Source: Macrostomum lignano
Lineage: Eukaryota
Direction: 5' to 3'
Length of the DNA: 64,000 nt
Assembly (NCBI GenBank): GCA_002269645.1
Contig: NIVC01002974.1
Coordinates: 64,127 to 128,126 of the forward strand
Both the position numbers and the translations under genes were made by a program. Within the stretch, counting starts at the first letter, position 1; each line of letters begins with the position of its first letter. Below the pieces are notes generated by a model. That model was not told the DNA's origin. It did not search any database and worked only from the letters and a program-made list of their open reading frames with translations. Positions 63,391-64,000 of this stretch are shown here, one piece after another.

Positions 63391-64000
63391 TGATGAAATA
63401 AAAACTTAGGACACTACCAGCACAGAGACGAGCAGACAAAAATGAGAATAAAGGAATGCAAGGGAAGCGGAAAAACAGATGTTGAGAGGAAAGGTGAAAA
63501 GTAATAAAAAGCGGCAGATAGAGAGGAGTCATGGCAACTCCAATGGAAAATCACAGGAACTAGACAATGACAATGGATAGCTTTGATTGACAATGGCAGG
63601 TTGTCATGGCAACTAAACCGGGGATTAATGCGGATCAATCGTATGCTTCTAAAAGTACATCTTACCAGCTACAAATAAGTGAAGAGAATTAAAGCATTTA
63701 GTCAATGAAACATGCATAATCAAATTTTGAATTACGAAGAGCATATGAATAAACTAATTGCAATTAATTTCGCAGCACTTGTCAAGCAATACAAAACTGA
63801 TACATTTTGTAGACGATTGATCAGACTACTTTTAGTAGCATCGGGATAGACAAGACAACGTTTAATGGGCCTGCGCTAAATATTCACTGAATAAGATGTG
63901 AGTCTTCGAATCGTGGAAAATGCCATTGACAGGTGGACAGGCAGGGAGACACTCACAAGTGGACAGGTAGGGAGACATGCCTACTCAAAAGTGGACAGAT

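Overview
This is eukaryotic (animal) genomic DNA, not prokaryotic: it has spliceosomal introns, GC-rich exons and many mini/microsatellites. The style resembles the flatworm Macrostomum, but that is an unverified inference. The left third (1-22.7 kb) is a nest of mobile elements. A Mag-like Ty3/Gypsy LTR element with an open gag-pol ORF sits in an AT-rich, decayed Polinton/virus-like scaffold, which carries a Prim-Pol/PriCT-2/D5 primase on + and a protein-primed PolB with an EndoVII-like insert on -. That scaffold is interrupted by a Harbinger-like MITE, an (AAC)n-tailed GC-rich insert and a 10.4 kb head-to-tail Helitron pair; removing the Helitron pair rejoins PolB in frame. The PolB N-terminus is joined to a 3'-truncated Penelope-like element whose upstream ORF looks like a catalytically dead SGNH fold in frame with the RT. 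The middle (23-53.4 kb) is a tandem segmental duplication with four copies of a secreted WSC+PAN/apple gene and two argininosuccinate lyase genes (one apparently intact, one missing an exon start), plus MITEs, SINEs and a DIRS/Ngaro RT relic. The right end holds a frameshifted, multi-exon RING-finger gene with satellite-filled introns. No CRISPR array or rRNA gene was found. All domain calls come from manual motif recognition, not database searches.
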